Source: the human T2T-CHM13v2.0 reference genome, Homo sapiens. Taken from it: 64,000 nt of DNA. A model generated the notes under the pieces. The model did not search any database. It had not been told where the DNA came from and saw nothing but the letters and a program-made list of their open reading frames with translations. This document shows, in pieces, positions 1 through 14,058 of this stretch (positions are counted from its first letter, which is position 1; every line of letters starts with the position of its first letter). The translations under genes and the position numbers were made by a program. The DNA lies in NCBI RefSeq assembly GCF_009914755.1, contig NC_060926.1. One strand, 5' to 3'.

Positions 1-592
1 CAACATTAAGTCCATTTTAGAAGATGAAAATGGTTGAGTATTGTGTCATCATTAAAAGCAATATTTTCAGAGGATTTATAGTGATGTTGGAAACGCTCAT
101 GATATAATATGAAGTAAAAAAAATGATTCAAAATTGCTCATGCTACATACTCTTGACAATTACAAAAACAGGTTAGAAGAAAAATGCTGCATTAGTGGTT
201 CCCCAAGTGGTGGAGTTATGGGTGATTTTTATTCTCTGTTTTCCTATATTTTCTAATTTTCTAGAGTGCACATGTAACATATATCTATTGCCTAAGGAAA
301 AAAGTGTTTATTTCAAAAAAAGATCCCCCTCCCTAGGACAGTTAGGTGTATTCTCATCAGTCAGGTAACTGTCATCATTTACTTTTGCAAGGATGCCACC
401 TTGGTTGGCTCTCTGTTGGGCCAGAGAGAGTAAAATTTCTCTTCCTGTAAATGCATTTTCACAGTGTCATGACTTTCAAGGATTTGGTTCACGTTCTTCC
501 TGGGTGATTAACACAAAAGCAACAGCACCAGGGTCAGGGTTTTAGGTCTCCTGGCAGCGTGCCCCATAGCGGCTTTCTCTTTTCTCAAAAAC

Positions 593-1113
593 TAGTCTAT
601 TCGTTTCCTATGGCCGCTGTAACTAATCACCAGTAGCCTGGTGGCTTCGAACAACACACTCTTATTATCTTACAGTGCTAGAGGTTGGAACTCTGAAATG
701 GGTCTCACTGGGCTAAAATTAAGGTGTCACCAATCCTGGGTTCCTATCGGAGGCTCTAGGGGAGAATCTGTTCCCTTGCTTTTTCTAGCTTTATGAAGCT
801 GCCTGTGTTCCTTGGATCATGGTCTCCTCCTCCATCTTCAGAGACAGCATCAAAGCATTTTCAGCTCTCACTCTGCTTCTGTTCTATCTCCTTGTCTCAC
901 TCTGGCCTTCCTGCCTCTTTCTTGATGGGACCTTCTGATTACATTGGGCCCACCTGGATAATCCAGGGTAACTGCCCATCTCAATGTCCTTAACTTAATG
1001 ACATCTGCAAAGTCCTTTTGGCCATGTATGGTAACATATTCACAGGTTCTGGGGATTAAGACACAGACGTCTTTGATTGGGGGTGGGTGGGAAAGAATGT
1101 TCTGTCTACCACA
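593..1113 (-). mobile_element. MaLR solo LTR, MLT1 family (MLT1C/D-like)
   Basis: Typical antisense MLT1 text: 'gtttcctatggccgctgtaac...gattacattgggcccacctggataatccaggg...ggtaacatattcacaggttctggggattaagac'. Confidence 0.75.
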
Positions 1114-1230
1114 GCCAGGTTTGACAGAACAGCTTGAAACTGGGAAGTTTCATCCCGCTTGCATAACAGAGTGGTTTGAAAATTGCACTGTGGCCAAGTA
1201 GCTGTCCAAAATGTGAACGGTCCTGTCAAT

Positions 1231-1249
1231 TTTCCACTAGGGGGCAATA
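1231..1249 (+). promoter_or_regulatory. Candidate CTCF binding site
   Basis: CCACTAGGGGGCA at 1234-1246 matches the CTCF core CCASYAGRKGGCR, in non-repeat-looking sequence. Occupancy cannot be seen from sequence. Confidence 0.6.
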
Positions 1250-1949
1250 TCCATTAATAACAGATCCCTGTCACTCAGCACTGGCACTGGCTAAAGGTTA
1301 AACTAAGAAGAGATGGTATTTAAGTTTACTGTTATCTTTGTCATACTCTACAGCATGACAAAAATGTAGGCAAGGTAGAAGCACATACATAACAGATGCT
1401 AGAGGACCTGCAGTTGCAATTAGGATTCCTTTGTATTGTTATACTTTGGGCTATTGCCATATAGAAAGCAAGTGAACCAGAGGAGGGAGAATATGGGCTC
1501 AAAAAATTCAGAGGTTATTGTAAATAGCTTTTATTTTTATTTTAGAACTTTTATAAATCACTTGAGTAATGCCACATTGTAGAAAACTTAGAAAATACAG
1601 GTAAATTTTTACATGTTTTTTATGCCACTTTCAGTTCTTGCAAGTTGAGTACAAAACAACTAAGTGTCAGTGTTTTATTTCTTAAAGACCTTTTTACTGA
1701 GTCGTGGATTTTGAAAATAAAAGTTCATTTTAATAAGTCAAATTCCAAAGCAATAAGAACATTTGGTTATTAGCTAATTATCTTTGCACCTACTGTTTTT
1801 GTTTGCTTGTTTTAAACTCTAGTGTGCTTTTTTTAAAAAAAAATAATTTTACTGTCTTATCAAATTTTAGAATCACAGTTTTCTCCAGGTTTGAGCAGAC
1901 CTCTGTGTTCCTGGCTTTTTTTTTTTTAATTTAATTTAAAAAATTTTTT

Positions 1950-2209
1950 GGCTGGGTGCTGTGGCTCATGCCTGTCATCTCAGTACTTTGAGAAGCTGAG
2001 ACAGGCAGATTGCTTGAGCCTAGGAGTTTGAGACTAGCCTGGGCAACATGGCAAGCCCTGTATCTACAAAAAATACAAAAATTAGCCGGGCATGGTGGCA
2101 CATGCCTGTAGTCCCAGCTACTCGGGAGGCTGAGATGGGAGGATCACTGGAGCACTTCAGCCTGGGCAACAGAGCAAGACCTGTCTCAAAAAAAAAAAAA
2201 AAAAAAAAA
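1950..2209 (+). mobile_element. AluJ-like, right arm internally deleted
   Basis: Alu left arm, A-rich linker, shortened right arm and A22 tail. Confidence 0.9.
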
Positions 2210-2212
2210 GGC

Positions 2213-2358
2213 AAGACAGAGTCTCTCTCTGTCACCCAGGCTGGAGTGCAGGGACACAATCATAGCTCACTGTAACTTTGAACTCCTGGCCTCATGCAAT
2301 CCTCTCAACTTGGCCTCCCAAAGTGCTGAAATTACAGACATGAGTCACTGTGCCAGCC
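2213..2358 (-). mobile_element. Old Alu monomer (FRAM/AluJ-like)
   Basis: Antisense Alu monomer. Its T-rich tail appears displaced to about 1916-1949 by the + strand Alu. Confidence 0.8.
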
Positions 2359-4570
2359 CGTTTTGTTTTAAATAGCCTCCAGTTCGTGTTTCCCTTCCTT
2401 TCCTTTACTTCAAAACTAATAGAGGAAATAAAATGCCAGTATTCACAAGACAATGTGCCTTTTCTTTTAATTCCTCTTTTTGGACAAAAAAGTAAAAAAA
2501 AAAAAAAAAAATTCTTTCCCATCTGTCTCTTCATTTCCTTTAAACTTTTTCTTCTCAAGAAATTATCCTGCCTGAAATAGTCTGCCTTCCTCCCCATTTC
2601 CCTAATCTCTGCCCACCCTCTCAAAGCTCAACTCAGATACTACCTCTTCCATAAAGATTTACAGAACCACAGAGGCCAAAGTAGATTTCTCCCTCTCTGA
2701 GTTTCTCCAGAATGGATAGATGTTCTCCCCAAGTCTGCTACTTAAGCACCGGTGTGTTGACCAAGCATTTTCATGTGGCCTGAACGTATGTTCCGAACTC
2801 CCCTTTTACAGCTAAGGGAATTTCATCCCAGAGAGGTGAAGTGGTTGTCCCGAGGCCTCAGGGGACCCTCAGCACCAGTGCCATGATATTGTCAAAAACA
2901 GGTCTTTTCATTTTATGAGATTAAGCTCTTGAATGTTCATATTTCATCCTAGATACATTATAAACTGCTTGAAGGTGGAGGTCATATTATTTCATGCAAA
3001 GTACAAAGAATATGGATTGAGCTCCTACTGTTTGCCAGGTACTGTGTCAAGCGCTAGAAATGCAAGGCTAAATTAAGACCATCCTTACCGTCAAAGTTCC
3101 TAGGGTCTGGTGCAGAACAGAGAAGTAAACCAGCAATGGCGCTGCCTTGTGCAAAGAGTCCTAATATAGGAAAATGCAGGGGTGGCCAAGACAGCCTCGG
3201 GGTCAGGAAAGCCTTTCCAAAGGAAAAGTCCTTGAACTGAGCCTGGAAAGGAAAGGAAAGCAAAACGGAGGGGAACTAGCATTTATTCAGCAGGTAGTAT
3301 GTGCTCAACATGAGCCGGCTGCCACTGGCATAGACCCCTTTTAATCCTCATAGCAACCCTATGAAATCTGCGGGGGAGGGCAGAGGACACCAGACAGGTA
3401 TGACTTACTTGCTGTGTTTCACCATACATTACTAGTAACGGCAAACTCATATGCAGCATGTATGAGCCGGCACTATTCCAAACATGTCATGTATGTTACA
3501 TATTTAATCATCACAACAACCCTACTAGCTAAGCAGTTTTACAAATCAGTAGAGCAGGCACAGAAAGGTTGAATAACTTGCCCACAGTCTCACAGCGAGT
3601 AAGTGGGCAAGCTGGATTTAAACCAGGCAGCCTGGCTCCGGAGTCTAACCACCATGCTATGCAACCTCTACCAGACTTTTTTCATTCCTTGAACACTTCT
3701 ATTGGTAAAAAGCAATGCATATTCTTATGAAAGAAGTCAACAATTTAAAATTGTATAAAATGTAAGCCCCTTCTTCACACTGACCCTGACTGCATTTCCC
3801 AAAAGGAGCCAGTATGAACAGTTTGGTAAGTAGTGAAGCTAAATATTATTATCTCTATTTTACAGATGAGAAAATTGAGTCTCAGAAATGTTAAGTAAGT
3901 TGTCTGGGTCACACCATTGGTAGGTGGCAAATCTGAGGTACAGAACCAAGTCTTTCTGGCTCTAACACCTGCGTGGGCACTCCCAGGCAAGCCGGGAGTC
4001 TGGTGAAGGGTCACTAGCTGACTACTGGCATGTGTTTTGTAGGTGAGATCAAGAAGAGCTGAACACGCCATGCTAATGAAATTAGGCTTGTCTTGTTGGC
4101 AACGTGCCAACAAGGGCACACATGATCCCATTGGCTTTTTAGGAATTTCTCTCTGGTGACAGTGTAAGGTTTGAAATGTCGGACACCAGAATCTGAAACA
4201 AGGCAGTGGTAGAGGCGGAAAGATGCCAGTGATACTGGGGGATTGCGGTGGTGGAACTTGGTGACAGATCTGCTGTGGGGAGCAAGGGAAAGGCAATGTC
4301 TGTGTGGGTCCCTGTCTTCTGGCCTGGGTAAGTAGGTCTAAGGGCCATTGGTGTCATCCCCAGAGGTAGGGAGGACACTTTTAATCCACGAGGAGTTTGC
4401 TTGTAGTAGGATGCTGATGCGTGGCAGAATTTCAACATTAGTTCTAGGCAAGAAAAATTTGTCTTTGTTTTACTGGTTGTGAAATTGCTAGACAATTTAC
4501 TTTCCTGGAAATAGTTCCTCATTAAGAGTTCCAGAAACTGCTTCTGATGGTTCAGGCAGTCTGAGTTTAC

Positions 4571-4926
4571 TGGAATAGGCTGAATATTTATGTCCCCCTA
4601 AAATTTATATGTTAAAATCCTAACCCTCAAGTTGCTGGTATTAGGAGGTGGGGCTTTTGGGAGGTGATTAGGTCATGACAGCAAAACCCTCATGAATGAG
4701 ATTAGTGCCCTTTTAAAAGAGACTCCAGAGAGCAAGCTTGCCCCTTCCTCAGTGTGAACACAAAGCGAGAAGTGTCATCTAAGAACCAGGAAGTGGACCC
4801 TCACCACGCACAGAATCTGCCTTGATCTTGGACTTCCCAGTCTCCAGAACTGTGAGAAACAAATTCTTGTTGTTTATAGGCCATCTGGCCTATGGTATTT
4901 TTAATGGTAGCCCAAACAGACTAAGA
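4571..4926 (+). mobile_element. MLT1A-like MaLR LTR
   Basis: 'gtccccctaaaatttatatgttaaaatcctaaccc...cttggacttcccagtctccagaactgtgagaaacaaatt'. Confidence 0.8.
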
Positions 4927-5647
4927 GAGTTGCTTTCCTGCTGTCTTCTTTCTCTAGCCTCTCAGGAGAAAGCTCTGCCACCCCTGTATCTCCTGCCCAT
5001 TGAGTTTTCTTTCCACCTTCTTGGTCCCTCTCTGAATGATACACTTAGTTCTGGGCTACGGTTCACCATCTCTGGCCAGCAGCACCAGCTTCAACAACTG
5101 CATCAGACAGTAAGTGAGCAGTGAAGAGAGAGGGGCCCCAAAGCCCATGCTGGCCAGGAGCTGTGCATGTGAAGATTGTCAATCAGAATATAAAGACCAC
5201 AGTGTGGCAAAAGGCAGTGGGTTTGTCACTGGGAGACCAGAAGCAGGAGAAAGTTGAAGGAGTATAGCTTTTCATCTTAGCGTCGAAAGTCCTGACCAGG
5301 GCACAGCATAGACTAGGCCAAGGGGCAATACTAAAGAGTTATCCTGGCAGACCTCCCTGGAACTCAGTCAGCAAGCACACCTGCTGAGCACTCTGGAGCT
5401 TCCAAACAATATTTCCTGCTTTTGTAGACTTAAATAGCTCAGGCCTACTTTGCTAAGTCTGTCTCTGCCATTTTTCTGGACTTCATCAGAACATTGATAG
5501 CAGGAAACAGGGATTACTGATCAGCTAAAACATACAAAAATCCAACAAATAAAAGGAAAATAGCAGGAGGCATTCAGTGTAGGAGTCTTCAGGCCCTGAG
5601 GAAATCATGCTAGTTCAAAAAGGTACTGTGTTAAGAGTGATGCTACA

Positions 5648-5955
<308 letters not shown>

Positions 5956-6715
5956 TTATGTTTAGTATCATTTTACCTGGCAATAAAGGAAAAAAAATTG
6001 ATCAAAAAGATTTCCCTCCCATGGCTAGAAATTTCAACTTGTGCGCTCAACAGACACGTTTCAGGTCCCTGGAAAACTCAGACCTCATTGTCTGTGAATA
6101 GATGATGGGAACTTATCTGACCCATGGCCTTCCCCCTAGTTCTGCTGGCTCAGGTGAGGCCACTCATCTGAAACTGCAGGGGAATGTCCTTAGGGCAGAG
6201 TGAGAGGGTCAGCTGGCCCAGGCCCCACCTTCACTGTCTACCTGGAGGGAGCAGCTGGGAATGTGGGAGGCAGAAGTCAGGCAGTGCCTCCAAAGTGCGC
6301 CGTGGGCTTGGACTCCTTGAGAGGCCTGAGTCACACCCAACCCCACCAGGACAGCCAATAGCACACCTCTGCCCTCCCCTCTGCAGGCTGCACTGTTTTC
6401 CCTGATTTTCTCATGCTCTACGTCCACTTCCCTGGATGCTCATTCCCCTACTTCACTGGGATGGAGGTAACAGTGAATGGTTTCTCAGACCTGCCCTCTG
6501 ACAGAAGGGGCAATTTACCTCTGGCAACCCCCTCCAGGTGCCCCAGACTCACGCCTCCACTGTCCGGATAGGGAAAGTAAATGTGTGAGGCAGTCCACAG
6601 GAAACAAATGGGAGTGGTGGGAACTGTGGCCAGCTCCAGAAGGCATCCCTCATTCCCAATCATTCCCATTCCATTTCTTTTTTTCTTTGCATCACCATGC
6701 TGGTCAAACAAAATA

Positions 6716-7368
6716 CCAACTATCCTCATTGTCTGCAGATTCTGTATCTGTGCATTCACCTACTTGCTAAAATGTATTTGTAGCCTCCAAATGAATACTT
6801 GCCTGTGTTTGTGGGTCATTTGCAGGCATGCATAAGCAGCAAAAATTGGAAGCTCACCACCCACCTGTTCCCCGCTGAGGTCAAACTAGCCACACTCTGC
6901 CTTCCTGTTTCAGCTGCCATACTGTAAATAAGTGTCCTTTCTGCTACCTATTTACTGCCACATTTGTCATGTTTTGGTGGAGTTTTTGTCTGTGATTTTG
7001 CTGTTGAAAATGGCCTCCAAGTGTCGTGCTGAAGTGTTGCCTTGGGTTCCTAAGCACAAAAAGGCTGTGATGTGCCCTATAGGGTAAATAACATGTGTTA
7101 AATAAGCTTTGTTCAGGCGTGAGTTGCATTGCTGTTGGCCATGAGTTCAACATTAGCAAGCCAGCACTGTATATTAAATAAGATGTCTTTAAACAGAAAT
7201 ACACACAAAACAAGGTTATAGATTTATTGGCTGACAAAAACGTTGTGACCAGAAGCTATAGGAATTTAGCCCTGTATTTCTCTTAGGAGCAATTGTTCAA
7301 GATTTGCAAATTCAGTGTTTGCTGCTACTATATAGAATCTAACTGCCAATTATAAGAAGAATCATCTG
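6716..7368 (+). mobile_element. MER82-like (TcMar-Tigger) DNA transposon
   Basis: 'tcctcattgtctgcagattctgtatctgtgcattcacctacttgctaaaatgtatttgtagc...gctgaggtcaaac...' resembles MER82. Confidence 0.7.
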
Positions 7369-9230
7369 TATCTAAAAGCCCCTCATTTGGCTGTCAGTTT
7401 GGGAGTTTCTATTTGATAACCTTATCCTAGTTCTCAAACTTCTCTGTTGTGGGGCTTCTAAGGTATAATGGACTGTCACTGGGACTCATCATGAAGTACT
7501 GAAGTGTGTGTATTAAATGAAATTTACAGTAATCCCTATAATAACATCACTTACATTCTGCAATGCCTTCTAGAATGGGAGGATGTATCAGTCACAGCCC
7601 TCCAGATCACCTGCCGGTGCTTCCTGTGGCTAAACCCAATGGGAAGCCAGGTGGCGAGGGAGTCCAGGGTCAGCCTCTGGGGACAGGGAAGGGAGGAATG
7701 GGCCTGGGGGAGGGCCACGGAGAGAGTTAAAACAGCACAAAGAGCCAGATATGAACCAAACAATCCCCACATTAAAGTAAATATACACACTAAACACTCT
7801 GAAGGACAAGCGCTTGATGTCCTAACAGCTTAGGACACAGGAGGATGATCCTGCAAGGGGGTGAGAAAGCAGGGCTTGAACTGAGATCTGAAAGATGAGG
7901 AAGGGAGAAGAATCCCAGTAGAGGTAATAGCATGGCATGTGCAAAGGCCCCCAGAGGGGTGGGGGCAGGGGCAGGGTTCACTGAGAGCTGTTGGTAAGAA
8001 TGTAAATCCATGGTCTTTTGAGAGGCAATTTAGCTGCTGCTATCAATTTTTTAAATATGCATGCAGCAAACCTCCACTAGGTTTCTATTCTAGCAAATCT
8101 GCTTGAGTGTGGCACAAAACAGTGTTAATCTGATGTTGAGGGCAGCAGTGTTTGTTACAGCAAATCTCTGGAAACAAACAAGGGAATGGTGATATCAACT
8201 ATGACACATTCATCTTACAAACACCAGGCAGCAATGAAAATGAATGAAGTAGATAGAGATAGGGTAGCTTGGAAATATCTAGAAGATGGAGTCATTATGG
8301 AGAAAAAAAATTGAGAAGAATATAAAAAGCATAATTGCATTTATGAAAAATATATTTTTATACAAACATATTCAAATATAACAGCAATGGAAAGATCTGA
8401 ATGGATATACCCCATCCCAACAAGAGAGTTACCACTGCAGTGTGGGTAAGAAGGAATTTTTGCCTTTTTAACCTACCTACAAAGGCTTCAAACTTCTAAA
8501 TCATTTGAAGCCTTACGAAGGTAATTTGTGCATAATTTCCATAATTAAAAATAAGTACAGTATATTTTAAAAACAGAAAACGAGACTTTTTTGACTCAAG
8601 CACTGCTGGTATCTGTGAATTTTAGTCTTAGAACAGATAAGCTTTCCCAGAATAATTCCTTCCTATAGTTTATCCTCGTCCTTAAAGATCCTTTAGGCCA
8701 ATGGTTTTCAACCTTGGTTGCTCATAGGAAAAACCTAAGAAGCTTTTCAAAATGATGGCATTCGGGCCCCATACGTTGGTTGTGGTAGGAGCTGGTTATT
8801 TACTTATTTTTTTAAAGCTCCTAAATGATTCCAATGTGCAGCCAAGGTTGAGAACTCCTGTTCTATGGTATCTTTATTCCATGGGTCAGAAAGTCAAAAA
8901 CTGGCCCAGAGGCTTTAGTCAGCTTGGAATTGCCATGCCCTGGCAAAGACTAGTGGCTGGAAAGGGTATTGCTAAAGCCATCCTCACCAAGAACTATGAG
9001 TTATTGTCAGAGAACAGGCACGCACATGTTGGCCTCTGAGTTGAGAAGATACCACTGACCATCACAAGACTGTGAAAGCTACACAACCAACTAAGGAACT
9101 TTGAAGACATATGCAATTAGAGAAAATTTTACTTGCTTGGTTATTTATTGAGCACCTACTGTGTGCTTGGCCCTTGAAAAGAGAACACAGACCCTGCTCA
9201 AGGAGAGGTGAAAGGATCAAGAAGAACTTT

Positions 9231-9393
9231 TAAAAAAAAAAAAGTGTTGGTTTTTTTTAAATTTTTTAGAATAAATAGAGACGGGGTTCTGCTGTGTTTC
9301 CCAGGATGGCCTTGAACTCCTGGCCTCAAGCAATCCTCCTGCCTTGGCTTCTCAAAGTGCTAAGATTACAGGCGTGAGCCACCACTCCTGGCC
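9231..9393 (-). mobile_element. FLAM_C/Alu left monomer
   Basis: Antisense monomer flanked by AAGAAGAACTT direct repeats at 9219 and 9394. Confidence 0.85.
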
Positions 9394-9652
9394 AAGAAGA
9401 ACTTAGAGCAGGTGAAGCTTGTGGTGTGCTTGAGACTGTGTTTGTAAGGTGGACAGGATACTTCGTTTCTATGCAAGCAGATAATTGCCCCTTTGAGATT
9501 TAGTCACAGTGGGCTTAGCCTATGGGAAATTCAAAAGAGAAAATAAACATATCTGTATGCTCAAAGAGTACATTCTCCATTTCTAAAAAGCATTATGAAA
9601 GATGACCATTGGGGAAGGTGGGTCATCCACAGATGACCAACTGTACCAGTTT

Positions 9653-10018
9653 GGGGACACTGAATATGTGCCCCCAAAACTCATATGTTGAGGTCCCAAC
9701 ACTTTGGGAGGTATTTCAATTTAGATGAGATCATGAGTTTGGAGTCTTCATGATGGGATTTTAGTGCTTTTATAAGAAGAGACCAGAGAGCTTTCTCTCT
9801 CACTCTCTCTTTTCTTCTCTCTGTCTCTGTCTCTCTCTCCACTATGTAAGACACAGCAAGAAAGCAGCCATCTGCAATCTGGGAAGAGAGCCCTCACCAG
9901 AACCTGATGAAGCAGGCAGCCTGAGCTCGGACTTCCAGCCTCCAGAACTGTGAAAAATAAATGTCTGTTGCTTAAACCACCCAGTCTATGGTATTTTGTT
10001 TTCGCAGCCCAAACAGAG
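9653..10018 (+). mobile_element. MLT1A/MST-like MaLR LTR with internal (TC)n
   Basis: 'cccccaaaactcatatgttgag...ggacttccagcctccagaactgtgaaaaataaatgtctgttgcttaaaccacccagtctatggtattttgtt'. Confidence 0.75.
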
Positions 10019-10064
10019 TAGGATGCCTGGGATGTGGGACTTTCCCTTTGAATAGAGGGACGGT

Positions 10065-10172
10065 CTTGGCAAACCATTCCTGGTTGTGTAGGACTGAGAG
10101 GTTTCCTGGCACTTGGACTTTCAGTGCTAAGACTGGAAAAGTCCCAAGTAAGCCAGATGAATTGGTTGCCCT
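10065..10172 (+). mobile_element. MER94-like hAT MITE
   Basis: 'ggactgagaggtttcctgg...ggactttcagtgctaagactggaaaagtccc'. Confidence 0.5.
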
Positions 10173-11998
10173 ACTCACCACACACAGTGCTCCTCTTTCC
10201 AAATGAGGGGTTTGCTCCTTTTATTGGACAAGGGTAAGATTTTTGGCAACTCTATTCTAGGAGGTATCCCAGATTCCACCACCCCCGTAGTTTGGTCCCT
10301 GGGGTGAAGGCATTTGCAAACAAGAGCGAATCCTCCTTGGCATAGGGCACGCTGCTTTCAGAAAATTGAAGCAGAAGGTTCTCCATAAGCAAAGCCTCCA
10401 TGGCTTTCATGACTAGTCAGACTGAGGAAGTGGCCCACTGAGAGGCACCTGAAATTGTATTTATTTTATATTAATGTATCTGGGCTTCTCTCAAGGCACC
10501 AAGGTAAGCTTGATAAAAGTTCCCTTACAGATGATCCCCGAGTGGCAGCTTCTTTGCCTGTAATTCAAAGTCAAGTGCGGCTCCTTGTCAAATGGTTGCC
10601 AGGAGATAGCACAGGAGCCAACTCCCCATCTCCTCTGCCATGGCAACGTGCTGTTATTTCCTCATCCATCTTCCTTCTGCAGGAGTCTAAATTTCTGAGA
10701 GTAGTGTGCCATGCTTAATTATGTAATTAATCTTGCAGAAAGAAAAGAACCCTTCTAACCTTTCTTCTGCACAAAAAGACCTCCTTGTGTGATACCAGCC
10801 TACCACCAATTTTCCTCTGTGATCCTGCATGGTAGTAACCATCATTCTGTCTTATCCTCTCAAGGCTAAAGTGAGACACTTCTCGAAGCAGCAATACACT
10901 TTGAACCCATAAAAGTACAATCACTCACTTAAATGGTGGCTTCTCAAATCGCAGGCAAGGTCTTTGTAATATTTCCCTGACCCAAGAGCAGGAAGCATGA
11001 TGAACACAGAGTTGATGGAAGTGGGGCTCACTAAGTGCCTCAGTTTCTCTATCTGTAAAATAGGCATGTACTCACTTGTAGGTTACTGTGGGGATTGCAT
11101 GAGTGAGTATGTTAAGCTCTCAGAACAGTGCCTGGCACATAGTAGGTGCTCAATAAATGTTAGCTCTTATCACTATAAGAATTACTCCAACTTGTTTTTA
11201 TTGAAAACTTTAATCAAATTTACAAAAAAAAGAACTTAATAAAAATTGTTAGGACTGTTCTGGTTGCAAGTGACTACTCAAGTAAAGGCGTCACATGGTT
11301 CCAAGTTGAGTTGTTTTCAAACAGCTGGCTCTGAGGGCCTAAAGACAGTCTCCAGGACTTTCCCTGTCACCCCATTACTTGGATCTGTTTTTCTCTGTTG
11401 TCTTCACACTCCAACAGGCACTCTCACAGCCCCAGACTGACCTCCTATCATCTGGCCATCCCAGTGGAAAGAGGACTTCTCTTTCCCAAAATATCCCACA
11501 AGGATTTCCAGCTGGGGGCTCCTGGACTAACTGACATCTTGTGCCTATCTCTGAGCCAATCTTTGTGGCCAGACGGATGGGACATAAGATGGGCCAGAAC
11601 TGGGTCTCAGCTCCATCTCTGGAGCCAGATGGGGTAGCAGAGTGGTTGAGGAGGTCTGAGGACATAAGGTCACCCTGACCCAAACCACATCAACTGAGAG
11701 TGAGGTAGGAGACCCCTCAAAGGAAAGCCAGAGTATTAATACTAGAAAAAGGAGAAGAGATGGCAAAAACAACAGATAGATACGTGGTGCAATATCATTC
11801 TTGGTATATGGAATTATTACATAGTTTAAATCTAGTGATTTTTAACGAAGGGTGAACATCAGAATTATTTATGGCTTTTTAAAAATTTGGAAGTCCAGTC
11901 TCAACTATAGAAATTCTGACTGAGTAGTCCTAAAGCAAGGCCCAGGCATCAGCATTTAAAAAAAAAAACTTCCCAGGTAAGGTTTATATAATGTGTAA

Positions 11999-12252
11999 TT
12001 TTTTTGAGACAGGGAGGGTCTCACTCCATTGCTCAGGCTGGAGTGCAGTGGTGTGATCATGCTCACTGCAGCCCCGACATCCCGGGATCTTGAGTAGGTG
12101 TGATTACAGTTGTGCACCACTACACCTAGCTAATTTTTGTATTTTTTGTAGAGATGGGGTTTTGCCATGTTGCCCAGGCTGGTTTCGAACTCCTGGGCTC
12201 AAGACATCCACCCACCTGGGCTTCCCAAAGTGCTGGGATTATAGGTATGAGC
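11999..12252 (-). mobile_element. AluJ, degraded
   Basis: Antisense Alu dimer with internal deletions. Confidence 0.85.
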
Positions 12253-13010
12253 GGTATAAGTTCTCTTTTGTGTTCTTTTTCTTTTCTATTTGACAAAGGC
12301 AGCATGCATGTTCTATATACTTCTAGAACTTTTTAAATCCCATGCCCATGAATCTAAAGTAAAATAGAATACCATAAAGAAAGATGAAATACTTAACAGC
12401 ACCTTCCTTATACTCTGACTGTACCTCCTATAGTGATCAGTTACAGCCTTCATCCAACTCCTTCATCTACTCCATCCATTCATTCATTCATTCATGCATA
12501 CATTCATGTATTCTTCTCTTACTCTTTGCTTGGTGTGAGAGATTCACTTCCTGCACCTGAGAAGCTCCTGGATTTCTGAGAAGAGAAAAAGACGAACCCA
12601 GACAGTGACAAGGCAATACAATAAGAACCACGATGTATAATGCTTACATGGGGTGATATGAGACGTAGAAAGCCATGGAGAGGCTACTACTGTTTACCCA
12701 CCTATTTCCTTCACTAGATGCTAAGCCCCACGAGGACAGAGATTGTACATTTTCATCTAAGTTTCTCTCTGTTCCAACAGAGGCTGGGAGGGAGTGAGAT
12801 TGAGGCAAATCCAGGTTTTGTGGAGCCCAAAAGCTTACACAATTTTTGAGATACTCTCTAAGAAAAATACTAAGACATAAGGAGACAGAAAGATGAATAT
12901 TTATTTAGAATGAGAAGAGAAATCAGAACAAAGCAGTAGAGCCTTGCAGATTCCCGTCACTTTAATTTGAGGTCTCTTCAGACAACTTATCAAAAATGCT
13001 TACAGAGAAA

Positions 13011-13190
13011 TTTTTATTTTATTTTATTTTATTTTATTTTATTTTATTATTATTTTATTTTATTTATTTTATTTTTAGAGATGGAGTCTCACTTGTTACC
13101 CAGGCTGGTCTCAAACTCCTGGGCTCAGGCAATCCTCCTGCCTCAGCCTCCCAAAGTGCTGCGATTACAGGCGTGAACCACTATGCCCGG
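13011..13190 (-). mobile_element. FLAM_C/AluJ left monomer with (TTTTA)n tail
   Basis: Monomer plus tail-derived pentanucleotide microsatellite at 13011-13075. Confidence 0.85.
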
Positions 13191-13740
13191 AAGTGAGAAA
13201 TACTTTCAATTGTTGATGGATTTTGCTTCCCCACACAGAACATGTTTTACATCCCAACAGCAATTGGCACTCCAGGGGCCCATGTGAGTGGGGGAACTTC
13301 AGGCTTCAGTTTCAAGAGCTTCAGGATAAATCCACTTCTGACAGAGTATTTCTTCCTGGCTCTCTCCCTGTGGGCTGCAGAGCCACACAACTCTCACAGT
13401 CTTGGTTCTGGAACCTCTTTCTTCCCTTGTGCATTCAGGCCTCAGAGAGGTAACTGCACCTCAATGTTTCCCGCCCTGGGGCACTGCACTTACCCAACAG
13501 CTTCCCTCCACCCTGCCCACAAGTTTGTAATTAGTCCCTTCATTCAGGTCTCTCAAATTTTCTAGTTTGAATGTGCCATCAGTTTCTGCCAGGACCTTTC
13601 ATGAATACAGAAAATAAAATGTGTTAATTTATATTGTGCATGGGTCAGCATTCTCTCAGTATGATTATATGATCTGTTATATTACACACCTCATATTATG
13701 CATATAACGTCATTTCTGTGAGTATGCTCACTATTCCTAG

Positions 13741-14058
<318 letters not shown>

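Noticed and set aside
3775-4522. 173-aa and 127-aa minus-strand ORFs
   Set aside because: Overlap MIR/L2-like remnants; no recognisable domain or splice structure.
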